Source: a virus
Lineage: Duplodnaviria > Heunggongvirae > Uroviricota > Caudoviricetes
Reading direction: 5' to 3' (one strand)
Virus record (IMG/VR): IMGVR_UViG_3300029505_000002
Length of the DNA stretch: 64,000 nt
Position numbers and translations under genes: made by a program
The notes under the pieces: model-generated
Told to the model about the DNA's origin: nothing
Seen by the model: only the letters and a program-made list of their open reading frames with translations
Database searches by the model: none
Shown here: positions 45,397 to 54,323 of the stretch, in pieces
Layout: the number at the start of each line of letters is the position of its first letter
Position numbering within the stretch: position 1 is the stretch's first letter

Positions 45397-46500
45397 ATGA
45401 AGAAAGTAGATTTAATTTATGACCCTAATTTTCCACCTAATACCACTCTTGTAAAAGACTTTCCAGGTGTGGTTAGGAAAAAAGGAGAACAATTAAAAAC
45501 TTTAATTGATGAAATAGAATTGAATAGAACTTCTTCCTCTATAGCTAATGCAAAAAAGACATTCGATTATAATATGGTATTTATAACTGAAAATTCAGAA
45601 ATACCTAATGGAATGTATTTAAATGATAAAACTAATAATTATTGGGTAGGTTGTAGTGATTTTTCTACTTTACCTTCTAATACAGATACATTAGATATAG
45701 GAACAAGAATTACTATTTATAATAAAACTTATGAACTTAGAGAAGTTGATGGAATTAAAATATGGTGTCAAACATTTGGTTTAAAACCAAAATTATTCTT
45801 TGACTTTTTTGAATTTGTTAAAGAAGATACTGTGTTAACTAATAAAGGATTTGGCAATTCAGATATTACTTTAACAATTAACAATGCTGAAAGAAAAGAA
45901 CCTTTGTTACCTTATATAACTACTAAGCAACAAAATAAAATAATTACTAATATGTCTTATATCAACGACAAAACATTTACATTAACTGCAACTTTTAAAA
46001 ATATTAAAAGAAGTTTTGAAGATAATACTGTTATAGATATAAATCACAAATCAGTAATATATCATATCAAAGATGAATTTGCTAATATACATACTGGTAT
46101 TTGTTATGATAAAAGTAATAATTTATTTTATTTTGTAGGAGAAGAGGTATTTCCTATAGGTATATTCTTATCTGAAAATAAGATATATCAAATAACACTT
46201 CAATATATTAATAAGAAGCTAAATTTAATTATTGATAACGAACTTATCAAAACATTTGAATTAGATCTTGATGGATTGAAGTTATTATTTGCAGTAGGAA
46301 ATGATAATATGTTTGGTAGATATGCTACAGGTTCTTTTGAAGTAGCAGATTTAACTTTATTTAAAGAAGTGTTAACAAAAGAAGAAATTATGTGGTTATA
46401 TGTAAATCCTAGAAACTGGACTTTTTATACACATAATTCTTATCTTGATTTATCATTAGAAGAAAAAATTAAGTTAAAAAAACTATTAAAAGAAGATTAA
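45397..46500 (+). CDS. hypothetical protein with C-terminal LamG/concanavalin-like jelly-roll
   Basis: only sizeable plus-strand gene in the central region; GGAGGG RBS; C-terminal LKLLFAVGNDNMFGRYATGSFEVADLTLFKEVLTKEEIMWLY is typical of LamG-like lectin folds. Confidence 0.45.
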   Translation: MKKVDLIYDPNFPPNTTLVKDFPGVVRKKGEQLKTLIDEIELNRTSSSIANAKKTFDYNMVFITENSEIPNGMYLNDKTNNYWVGCSDFSTLPSNTDTLDIGTRITIYNKTYELREVDGIKIWCQTFGLKPKLFFDFFEFVKEDTVLTNKGFGNSDITLTINNAERKEPLLPYITTKQQNKIITNMSYINDKTFTLTATFKNIKRSFEDNTVIDINHKSVIYHIKDEFANIHTGICYDKSNNLFYFVGEEVFPIGIFLSENKIYQITLQYINKKLNLIIDNELIKTFELDLDGLKLLFAVGNDNMFGRYATGSFEVADLTLFKEVLTKEEIMWLYVNPRNWTFYTHNSYLDLSLEEKIKLKKLLKED

Positions 46501-46502
46501 AA

Positions 46503-46516
46503 TTCCGCATGCGGAA
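46503..46516. repeat. copy 4 of palindrome TTCCGCATGCGGAA (plus orientation), immediately after the stop of the plus-strand gene
   Basis: identical 14-mer at 46503..46516. Confidence 0.7.
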
Positions 46517-46526
46517 AAATGAATTA

Positions 46527-46550
46527 GGCAGGTATTAACCTGCCTTTTTA
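46527..46550. terminator. bidirectional terminator between convergent genes
   Basis: aggcaggtattaacctgccttttt hairpin followed by a T-run. Confidence 0.55.
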
Positions 46551-47959
46551 ATTGTATGTGCTTTAACTCTTTTATCGCTATAACCTTCAATAATACCTTC
46601 TTCCATATTTCTTTCAGTAAGTACAAAATCATATTGAACTATATTATTAGGTATATCTCTTTCGTAACTAAAATATCCATCTGTGATGTTTATAACTCCT
46701 ATATATTGATTTTTATAAAAATCTTTTATCCATTCATGAAGATAGGAAACATCAGTTCCTCCAGATGAATGAACTTTGAATTTTAACAAATCTTTTATAT
46801 CTTTAATATTCTGATGATAATGTTTTTCTTCAACTTTACAAGATGACCAATATACAACATCTAATACAGTTGTATTTTTGTTTTTAGATAAAAAACCATT
46901 TAGCATTTCGTAACATTTCTTAAGTTCTTCATCACCTATCGAACCTGATACATCTACTGCAACAAGAATCTTTTTACCAAATTCTTTAGTTTTTCCTTTA
47001 AACACAACTTTATTAGATTGACGTGTTCTACTTGCTCTCTTATAAGATTTAACATAAGTTTGAGCTATTTCTTTGCTTATTATTCTTTTTAAATCTAACA
47101 AATTTAAAAAATCATCTTTTTTAGTAATTCTTTCTTTATGTCTAATAATATTACCTTCTGAACTTGAATAATTTACACTAGATGATATTTCTCTTTCGAT
47201 ATTATTTATTTTAGAACTCATAATAGAATCTAAATCATCTTTTGAAAGTTTAGCAGATTTTCCATTTGAATCTTGTTCATTCTTTTTGTTAAAATCAGAA
47301 ACTGATTGATTAGACATTTCTTCAGATGCATTATGATCATCTATACAGTTACCCAAACTATAATTATTAACTTCTTGTAATTTATCACAATTGTCTAAAA
47401 ACCATTTAAATAATTTAGGTTCTGGTGGAGCATCATTCAGATCAGAAAAGGGTAATTGTTTGCCTGCTATTTTAGTTAAATTATCATAATTAATTAAATC
47501 TATTTTATACTTAGAAAAGTTATTTGAATTAATGTTTAACATTTCAAATAACATAGAGTTACAATAATAATCTTCAACTATATTAGCTAATTGAGGACTT
47601 ATCTTAGTTTCTTGTTTCATTCTTTCAAAATGATAAAAATAGTTATGTAATAATTCATGGAATATGACAAATAATAATTCTTTATCATCAAAACCATATT
47701 CTGCTACTTTGTTAAAATTGATAACTATTTTAATTCTTTCATTTACATAATCAGGATAAGTATATGCTAAAGCTTCTTTGTGTTTTTCATCTACATTTTC
47801 TATATCACATATTGTTAACAACATATTAATAAAAAAAGGATATGTTTTAGAATTAAATAATATTAATTTATTCAACAAATCATTTACTTCAAGATGATTG
47901 TTTGGATTAGCTTCATATACTTTTCCTCCCATTTTTAAAGAAATTTTCATTTCATTCAC
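46535..47959 (-). CDS. vWA-domain protein with N-terminal HExxH metallopeptidase-like domain
   Basis: FHELLHNYF (HExxH) in the N-terminal half; LVAVDVSGSIGDEE is a MIDAS DxSxS motif of von Willebrand A domains. Confidence 0.6.
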   Translation of the reverse strand: MNEMKISLKMGGKVYEANPNNHLEVNDLLNKLILFNSKTYPFFINMLLTICDIENVDEKHKEALAYTYPDYVNERIKIVINFNKVAEYGFDDKELLFVIFHELLHNYFYHFERMKQETKISPQLANIVEDYYCNSMLFEMLNINSNNFSKYKIDLINYDNLTKIAGKQLPFSDLNDAPPEPKLFKWFLDNCDKLQEVNNYSLGNCIDDHNASEEMSNQSVSDFNKKNEQDSNGKSAKLSKDDLDSIMSSKINNIEREISSSVNYSSSEGNIIRHKERITKKDDFLNLLDLKRIISKEIAQTYVKSYKRASRTRQSNKVVFKGKTKEFGKKILVAVDVSGSIGDEELKKCYEMLNGFLSKNKNTTVLDVVYWSSCKVEEKHYHQNIKDIKDLLKFKVHSSGGTDVSYLHEWIKDFYKNQYIGVINITDGYFSYERDIPNNIVQYDFVLTERNMEEGIIEGYSDKRVKAHTIKKAG

Positions 47960-48182
47960 TCCCTATATTTTTTAAATATTCATAATCAGCATTTAATTGT
48001 TTTTTATATTTTTCTTTATAAGTAAAATCAGCCACCTGCATATATTTGTATATACAGGTAGCTACTTTTTTACTTAGTTCTTTATCAAATAGATATTCAT
48101 GATCTTGATAAAGATTTAACATATTAGAATTTTTCTTTTCTATAACAAAATGATTATTCTTAAATCCATATTGATAATACAT
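47952..48182 (-). CDS. hypothetical small protein between the vWA and AAA genes
   Basis: 76-aa ORF with overlapping stop/start to neighbours. Confidence 0.4.
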   Translation of the reverse strand: MYYQYGFKNNHFVIEKKNSNMLNLYQDHEYLFDKELSKKVATCIYKYMQVADFTYKEKYKKQLNADYEYLKNIGSE

Positions 48183-48184
48183 GA

Positions 48185-49495
48185 TTATCTACCGCTGTTT
48201 GCTAATCTAATTCCTTCTGCAAAGTTATCAAAAACTTTCTTTAGTTTTTTATCAGTTTTGCTTCCTTTAACACCAGCTTTGTAAATATAGTTCGCAAAAT
48301 TAGTTTTCTTTTCTCTAGCAACAGATTCAGAAAATTGTTCCTCAAAAGCTTTATTCATTTCATTAAAGAAAGCAGCAAGCATAGCTTCATTGTTAACAAA
48401 TAGTTTAAATATTTTATCAGCATATTTTTCTGCATATTTAAAATCTTTAAGAATATTGTCTTTTACTAAATATTTAGTTCTAATTAATATTTCTCTTTCT
48501 TTTCCTTTAATATCAAATGGATGTCCTTGTCTATCTTTAACTACATAATCTGGTGTTGTTAGTCCTTCGTTATCAACAATTTCTTTTTGTAAATCTAATG
48601 TATTAACTTGTTCTAATAAAGTAAGTTTATCAGTAATAGCTTTTAAAGTTCTATCAGTAAAGAAATAAGAACCAAATAATACAGCATCAGTTTTACAGTT
48701 ATTATATGTCATAGGTATTTTTTCAATTAATTCCATATCTTTCCATCTATTGTTAAGAAGATTCCAAGAACCAAGTTGAGAATCTTGTTCTAATTCCTTA
48801 ACAGCTTCGTGATCAATTATTTTATTCATATCAAGTAAATCAACTAAATCTCTAATTACTGGATGATAATTCTTTTCTTCCATGAATTTTTGAATATCTT
48901 CTTTGTTTGGAACCCATTCAATAAATATTTGTCTTCTTCTAAGAGCTGAGTCAGAGAAATCTATATTACTTATGTAAGAATCGCCATAGTTAATAGCCGT
49001 CATAATGTATAAATTCTTAGCAATTACACCATCTAATCTCTTTTCAAGAAGTCCAAATAATAAAGGTGCAATATCTGCAGAACTTCTCGCATATTCATCG
49101 CAGAAAAGAAGATATTTTTTATCTGGATTTTCTAAAATTTCTTTAAAAATTCCAATGTTGGCAAACTCTACAGATTTATTTATCTTCTTGTATCCAGTTT
49201 CTAAGTTTAACAAAGTTTCTTCTGATTTCTTTCTTCCTGTTTTTACGTCTGTTTCATCAACTATAATAGGTAATCTAAAATCTTCAGCTGCCATTCCTTG
49301 CATTCTAAGAGTTACAAACTTGTCGATTCCTAATCTTGAGTCTTTTGCTATTTCTTCTACTAGAGTTGTTTTTCCTGATCCTGAAGGCCCTAATAAAGTA
49401 ATTGTAGTATAAGGTAACATTCTAACTATCTCTCTAACTAATACATCTTTTCCATCATTAATAATAATTTGTCCATATTGTCCTTTCATTGCCAT
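48185..49495 (-). CDS. MoxR-like AAA+ ATPase (AAA_5 / CbbQ / CobS-like)
   Basis: Walker A LLGPSGSGKTTL; Walker B LLFCDEYARS; sensor-1-like MTAINYG; immediately upstream of the vWA partner. Confidence 0.65.
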   Translation of the reverse strand: MAMKGQYGQIIINDGKDVLVREIVRMLPYTTITLLGPSGSGKTTLVEEIAKDSRLGIDKFVTLRMQGMAAEDFRLPIIVDETDVKTGRKKSEETLLNLETGYKKINKSVEFANIGIFKEILENPDKKYLLFCDEYARSSADIAPLLFGLLEKRLDGVIAKNLYIMTAINYGDSYISNIDFSDSALRRRQIFIEWVPNKEDIQKFMEEKNYHPVIRDLVDLLDMNKIIDHEAVKELEQDSQLGSWNLLNNRWKDMELIEKIPMTYNNCKTDAVLFGSYFFTDRTLKAITDKLTLLEQVNTLDLQKEIVDNEGLTTPDYVVKDRQGHPFDIKGKEREILIRTKYLVKDNILKDFKYAEKYADKIFKLFVNNEAMLAAFFNEMNKAFEEQFSESVAREKKTNFANYIYKAGVKGSKTDKKLKKVFDNFAEGIRLANSGR

Positions 49496-49579
49496 AACAT
49501 ATCACTCCTTTTAATTTAATTTATTTTTATTATATTTTGTTTAAGGCATTTCAAAAAATTAGTAATAAAAAAAGACAGT

Positions 49580-49939
49580 TTATTTTGCACTGTCTTTGCT
49601 TATTGTTAAAAATTCAGCTTTAAATTTTCTAAGTATATCCTCAAATGTTCTTTCAAATTCATATATTACAAACAAAGTTGCTGTTTTAGTATGATATCCT
49701 TGATATTGTTGATTATTTACAAGATTTCTCATACTTCTATGTATACACCAGATTATATTTGTTGACTTATGATTATCAAACATATATTCATGAGGTCCTA
49801 CTTCTGTAGCAGATTTATCTAAATCCAAATATTCATTCATAGCAAATTTTCCTTTATAGAATTTAATTCCTGCTTTTTTCTTTCCTTCTATAACGCTTGG
49901 TACTAGCCAATATGTGTTGCCTTTTCTATAAATTTTCAT
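49580..49939 (-). CDS. hypothetical protein
   Basis: 119-aa ORF. Confidence 0.4.
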   Translation of the reverse strand: MKIYRKGNTYWLVPSVIEGKKKAGIKFYKGKFAMNEYLDLDKSATEVGPHEYMFDNHKSTNIIWCIHRSMRNLVNNQQYQGYHTKTATLFVIYEFERTFEDILRKFKAEFLTISKDSAK

Positions 49940-50658
49940 TTTTGCCCTCCTATGTTAAAAAAAATATTATCATTTGACTCTACTATTAAATCTTTAAAAG
50001 TTTCAAATAATTTTGTATGTTTTAATAATTTAGCACTTAAAGAAAAAGTTTGTCTCAATTGATTTCCGTTACAATATTTTATTACTTTGTTTCTTAATTC
50101 TTTTAAAAATTCTTCATCATTTAAAAATTTAAATGGTACTTCTTCTATCCCTACTAATCCTCTTCCAGAAACAATATCTACATAATCTGATAAAATTTTT
50201 TTATCACATTTCATTTCTTCAGAAATAGATTGATATGCCAAATGAATATTTTCTAATACCCATTTTTTATCATTTAATGGCAATCTAATTTTCTTTTTTT
50301 CTTCATTAGGCAGTTCTCCAAATAAATATTTTAATTGATTTAAAACTTTAAAAGTGTAATCGAAATCTTCTTTATATATATAAACATAAGCAAAACATAT
50401 TAAACTATGCAAATTATTTTTTATACTATATTCTATTCTTTCTATTGATTCTTGAATTTTATATTTCATATCCTCCATGAATAAAAGTTCGTGTAGTTCA
50501 ATAATATTAGTTAAATGATAAGCTGGAGTATCTTTAACTTTTACTATTGAACAACTAATTGGATTAGTATTATGAATAATTATTCCTATTTTTGCAGTTT
50601 CTATATACAAATGATTATTATCATCTATTCTAAAAGTTATTTTGATTTTTGCCATCAA
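49936..50658 (-). CDS. hypothetical protein
   Basis: 240-aa ORF. Confidence 0.45.
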   Translation of the reverse strand: MMAKIKITFRIDDNNHLYIETAKIGIIIHNTNPISCSIVKVKDTPAYHLTNIIELHELLFMEDMKYKIQESIERIEYSIKNNLHSLICFAYVYIYKEDFDYTFKVLNQLKYLFGELPNEEKKKIRLPLNDKKWVLENIHLAYQSISEEMKCDKKILSDYVDIVSGRGLVGIEEVPFKFLNDEEFLKELRNKVIKYCNGNQLRQTFSLSAKLLKHTKLFETFKDLIVESNDNIFFNIGGQK

Positions 50659-51065
50659 TCATCAATCCTTTCATATACTACTTTCTTTTCTTTAAATAGT
50701 TTTACTAATTCTTCATCAACAAATTCATGATTTATTCTTAATCTACCTTTTAAATTGCTATTTAAGAATTGTATTATTCTTTCTTTGCTAGTTTCAAACA
50801 TTTCTGTATTTTCAATATAATAACTTTGTTCTAAAACAGTTTCTATAATTTCTTCTTTTTGAAATTGTTCAGGTGCTTCTTCATATAATAAATCAAAATC
50901 AAAATTTAATAGATATTTTATAAGTTCTTTGTCATTTAAATCATATTTAAATAATTCTTCATCATCTACATTATATTTGTTTAAAATATGATCTACGATT
51001 GCTTCTATTCTTATTGAATATACTAAAAAATATATATCATTTTCTAATATATTAAATATCATCAT
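50655..51065 (-). CDS. hypothetical protein (start reset to the internal Met)
   Basis: the track ORF begins at 51125 inside the GC-rich structured TnpB 3' region; the internal ATG at 51065 has a GGGAG RBS 8 nt upstream. Confidence 0.4.
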   Translation of the reverse strand: MMIFNILENDIYFLVYSIRIEAIVDHILNKYNVDDEELFKYDLNDKELIKYLLNFDFDLLYEEAPEQFQKEEIIETVLEQSYYIENTEMFETSKERIIQFLNSNLKGRLRINHEFVDEELVKLFKEKKVVYERIDD

Positions 51066-51165
51066 TTGATACTCCCAACGAATGAATTCGTGGGATTCTC
51101 GGGTAGTAGAACCTTTTGTTAGCATTCTAAATTTACCGAGCTCAGAAGGGCTATCCTACCCTCTA
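51040..51165 (-). ncRNA. candidate TnpB omega-RNA / IS right-end structured region
   Basis: GC-richer segment overlapping and following the TnpB 3' end: cccaacgaatgaattcgtggg inverted repeat, gggtagtagaacc, ccgagctcagaagggctatcctaccc; IS605-family omega-RNAs derive from the tnpB 3' end plus the right end. Confidence 0.4.
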
Positions 51166-52323
51166 GTGTATTTTTCTTCCTTCTACTAAAATGTTAATAG
51201 AAGCATTTAAATCTCTATCATGTTCTTCTCCACATTGTGGACATACCCATTTTCTTATACTTGTATCTTTTACAAGTGCATTTTGATAACCACACGCAGA
51301 ACATATTTGACTACTAGCATAATATTGATTTATCTGTACAACATTTCTACCATACATTTTACCTTTATTATTTAGCATTATTACAAATGTTCCAAATGCT
51401 GAATCCATTATCGCTTTAGAAATACGTTTATCTTTAGACATTTCTTTTACATCTAAACTTTCTAAACAAATTAATTGGTTTTCTTGAATTAGTTTAGTTG
51501 ATAGTTTATGTAAAAAGTCTTTTCTTATATTAGCTATTCTTTCATGTAATAAAGCTATTTGTAGTTTTAGTTTTTTATATCTATTACTTTTTCTATCTTT
51601 CTTTTTAGATAGTTTTCTTTGTAATTTTTTCAATCTAGCTATATTTTTCCACATTGGTTTCGGAGCTTTAAATTCTTGTCCATCAGAACAAACAGCAAAT
51701 GTTTTTAATCCTAAGTCAATACCTATTTCTTTTGTAACTGGTTGTAATTTACTAGTGGTTTCATCAACACAAAAAGAAATAAAGTATTTTTCAGTAGGAG
51801 TTTTAGATATAGTAGCAGAAAGAATTTTTCCATTAAACTTTCTAGACCAAATTATATCTACTAATCCTACTTTTGGAATCAAAACTTGATTACCTTTAAT
51901 TTTACAAGTAGTTGTTTTGTAACTAGCTTTAGGATTATTTTTACTTTTAAACTTAGGATGAGCTTCGCTGTCTATAATTGTTGGTTTTTTATTTTTTCTT
52001 TTTAAACGTTCTACAACTTTAGAAGAATATCTAACTCCATTTTCCTTTACAAATTCAAACCAATTCTTATAAGTACTTTCTAATTGTTTCAAAGTTTGTT
52101 GCAACGCAGTAGAATCAACTTCGTTTAAGAAGGTATCTGATTTTTTAATTTGAGTTAATAAAGCTGACATTTTGTTATAATTTAACTTTTCTCCAAATTC
52201 TTTAAAACGAAATTCTTTTAAAGCTAAAAAGCCATTCCAAACATATCTACAGCAATTGAATGTTTTATCGATAATTTCTTGTTGTTCTTTTGTTGGGTAG
52301 ATTCTATATTTATATCCTTTCAA
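51163..52323 (-). CDS. tnpB: TnpB (IS200/IS605-family OrfB; RuvC-like RNA-guided nuclease)
   Basis: N-terminal MKGYKYRIYPTKEQ is a hallmark of OrfB/TnpB; C-terminal Zn finger CSACG...CPQCG; RuvC-III-like DRDLNASINIL. Confidence 0.8.
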   Translation of the reverse strand: MKGYKYRIYPTKEQQEIIDKTFNCCRYVWNGFLALKEFRFKEFGEKLNYNKMSALLTQIKKSDTFLNEVDSTALQQTLKQLESTYKNWFEFVKENGVRYSSKVVERLKRKNKKPTIIDSEAHPKFKSKNNPKASYKTTTCKIKGNQVLIPKVGLVDIIWSRKFNGKILSATISKTPTEKYFISFCVDETTSKLQPVTKEIGIDLGLKTFAVCSDGQEFKAPKPMWKNIARLKKLQRKLSKKKDRKSNRYKKLKLQIALLHERIANIRKDFLHKLSTKLIQENQLICLESLDVKEMSKDKRISKAIMDSAFGTFVIMLNNKGKMYGRNVVQINQYYASSQICSACGYQNALVKDTSIRKWVCPQCGEEHDRDLNASINILVEGRKIH

Positions 52324-52462
52324 TTTTTACACCTCCTTTTTGTCGATTATATTTTTTTACATTATAATAATGTATATACATATTATACATAGATTATACT
52401 TTTAAACAAATTTACATATGTTTTTATGTGTATATACATATTAATAATCGGAGGTAACAAAT

Positions 52463-52603
52463 ATGAAAAAAAGAATACAATTAGTGATGAATGAAAAAGT
52501 TTACAAGGAACTTCAAAAAAGAGCAATAGATGAAGATACAACTGTATCTGCTATATTAGAAAAACTTGCTGCAGATTATTTAGCCTTATATCCCCATGAC
52601 TAA
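52463..52603 (+). CDS. ribbon-helix-helix (CopG/Arc-like) DNA-binding protein, unlisted small ORF
   Basis: TCGGAGGTAACAAAT-ATG; MKKRIQLVMNEKVYKELQKRAIDEDTTVSAILEKLAADYLALYPHD has the beta-strand + two-helix RHH pattern; followed by a ccccatgac..gtcagggg tttt hairpin. Confidence 0.5.
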   Translation: MKKRIQLVMNEKVYKELQKRAIDEDTTVSAILEKLAADYLALYPHD

Positions 52604-52667
52604 AGTCAGGGGTTTTACGGCTATTCCCCATAAAATCACCTTCCTTTTTTTATTTAAAATAACATAA

Positions 52668-52700
52668 TAAAAAAAGCAGAAGTAATTAAACCTCTGCTTC
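52668..52700 (-). terminator. rho-independent terminator after the ParB-like gene
   Basis: aaaaaagcagaagtaattaaacctctgcttc. Confidence 0.45.
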
Positions 52701-52723
52701 TTATATAGCGTTATTTTATTCTC

Positions 52724-52743
52724 AGTTTCTCACGTGAGAAACT
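52724..52743. repeat. 20-bp perfect palindrome AGTTTCTCACGTGAGAAACT; parS-like candidate centromere
   Basis: CACGTG centre flanked by GTTTC/GAAAC, as in the TGTTNCACGTGAAACA parS consensus; lies ~20 bp downstream of the ParB-like gene. Confidence 0.45.
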
Positions 52744-52759
52744 CATTATTTATATTGAA

Positions 52760-53500
52760 TTAAACATCGTTTTCTAATTCAGCTTTCATTGATTTTTCTA
52801 ATTCTTTAATAATTGCTATTTTTTCTTTTTGTAATTTTATTTCTTCCTTAAGTATTTCAAGTTCTTCTCTTTTCTCTTTCAACAAAAGTTCAAGATTTTT
52901 TCTATCTTTAGTCGTTTGTTTTAATTTTTCTTTTTTATCATCTAAAGATAATTCTTTAAAATAATCTATATCTACTTCCTCTGGTTCTTCAGGTCCTTTT
53001 ATTTTATATTCTATAGCTTTTGCTATATTATCAGAGCTTATAATATCTATTACCTCTGCTTCCTCTATTTCTTTATTATTAAGAGCTTTAGTGATCATAG
53101 TTGTTTCTCTAGCTGTTAAATCCATAACAGTTTCCATATTAGAAATCAAATAAAGTTTATATTTATCTAAACATCTATATACAAAAGGTCTTGATAAGCC
53201 TAATTGTTCGATCCATTTAATAAAAGTTCCATCACCAACTTTTTCTCTTGATAATATTTTTTGAGCATCATATAAAGCCATAGATATATCCATTAAAGAA
53301 CTAGAAATTATTTCTTGTTTCTTTACTACTATCTGTTCTAATTCTATTAGTTTTATCTTTTCAGTCTCGCCTACTTGCAACATTTGGTAATCAACTTTTG
53401 ACGTATAGGTGTTAGTGTTTATTATTTGAGTAAGATTGTTTTGTATTTGATTTCTATTTAGGTTTTCTCTGTTTCCAAGCATAAATGTTTTTTTAGCCAA
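52760..53500 (-). CDS. putative partition protein (ParB-like / centromere-binding), third gene of the rep-parA operon
   Basis: position immediately downstream of parA; HTH-like FIKWIEQLGLSRPFVYRCLDKY; C-terminal coiled coil. Confidence 0.45.
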   Translation of the reverse strand: MAKKTFMLGNRENLNRNQIQNNLTQIINTNTYTSKVDYQMLQVGETEKIKLIELEQIVVKKQEIISSSLMDISMALYDAQKILSREKVGDGTFIKWIEQLGLSRPFVYRCLDKYKLYLISNMETVMDLTARETTMITKALNNKEIEEAEVIDIISSDNIAKAIEYKIKGPEEPEEVDIDYFKELSLDDKKEKLKQTTKDRKNLELLLKEKREELEILKEEIKLQKEKIAIIKELEKSMKAELENDV

Positions 53501-53502
53501 CT

Positions 53503-54321
53503 TTATTCACTCCCTCTTTTTTTTCTTTGTTTAGTTATTCCTATTCTTTTCATTACTTCTTTACAAAAAGATTCATAATCTCTTCCAACATTAGATTTAG
53601 GTTTATATTCAAATATTGATTGATTACACGCTATTGCTTCAATCATAGTAACACTTTGTCTAATTGTAGAAGCCATCAAAACATCTCCAAATATATTTTT
53701 TAATTCGTTAGATATCTCTTTGCTTATTACACTTCTTTCATCATAAAGTGTTAAGAATACTCCACCCATTTGTAAATTTTCATTAAATGTTAATTTTATT
53801 GTTTCTATACTTTCTGCTAATACTGTAGAACCACTTAATTCAAATATACCAGCTTTAACTGGAATAAATACATAATTAGAAGCAACAAGAGCATTTATCG
53901 TAAGTGTTCCTAGGTTAGGAGAACAGTCAATTACACAAACATCATAAAATTTACCAGCATCTAAAAGTACTTTCTTTAATAAGTTTTCTTTTCCTAGCTC
54001 AGAAGAAAAATTGATATTTGCTCTTTCCAAAGTAAGGTTAGAAGGTAACAAATCTATGTTTTCTTTTATATTTATAAGATATTTAGTTAACTGTTTATCA
54101 GAGTTTTTATTATTCATTAAAGTATATTCAGACATAATATCATATGCTGTACCTTTCAAAACATTTGGATTAGTTCCGAAAGCAGTAGATAAATTTCCTT
54201 GTGGATCCAAATCTATTCCTAATACTCTTAATCCATTATCACTTAAATAATGAATTAAATTAAACGCTGATGTTGTTTTAGCAACTCCTCCTTTGTTATT
54301 ACACAAACTAATGGTAATCAT
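53503..54321 (-). CDS. parA: ParA/Soj-family partition ATPase
   Basis: deviant Walker A NNKGGVAKTT; DLDPQGN. Confidence 0.8.
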   Translation of the reverse strand: MITISLCNNKGGVAKTTSAFNLIHYLSDNGLRVLGIDLDPQGNLSTAFGTNPNVLKGTAYDIMSEYTLMNNKNSDKQLTKYLINIKENIDLLPSNLTLERANINFSSELGKENLLKKVLLDAGKFYDVCVIDCSPNLGTLTINALVASNYVFIPVKAGIFELSGSTVLAESIETIKLTFNENLQMGGVFLTLYDERSVISKEISNELKNIFGDVLMASTIRQSVTMIEAIACNQSIFEYKPKSNVGRDYESFCKEVMKRIGITKQRKKRGSE

Positions 54322-54323
54322 TT

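Larger units (their letters stand above)
51040..52460 (-). mobile_element. IS605-family TnpB-only insertion element (boundaries approximate)
   Basis: tnpB flanked by a structured 3' region and an AT-rich 5' region with repeated ATGT(A/G)TATATACAT; no Y1 TnpA gene present. Confidence 0.4.
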
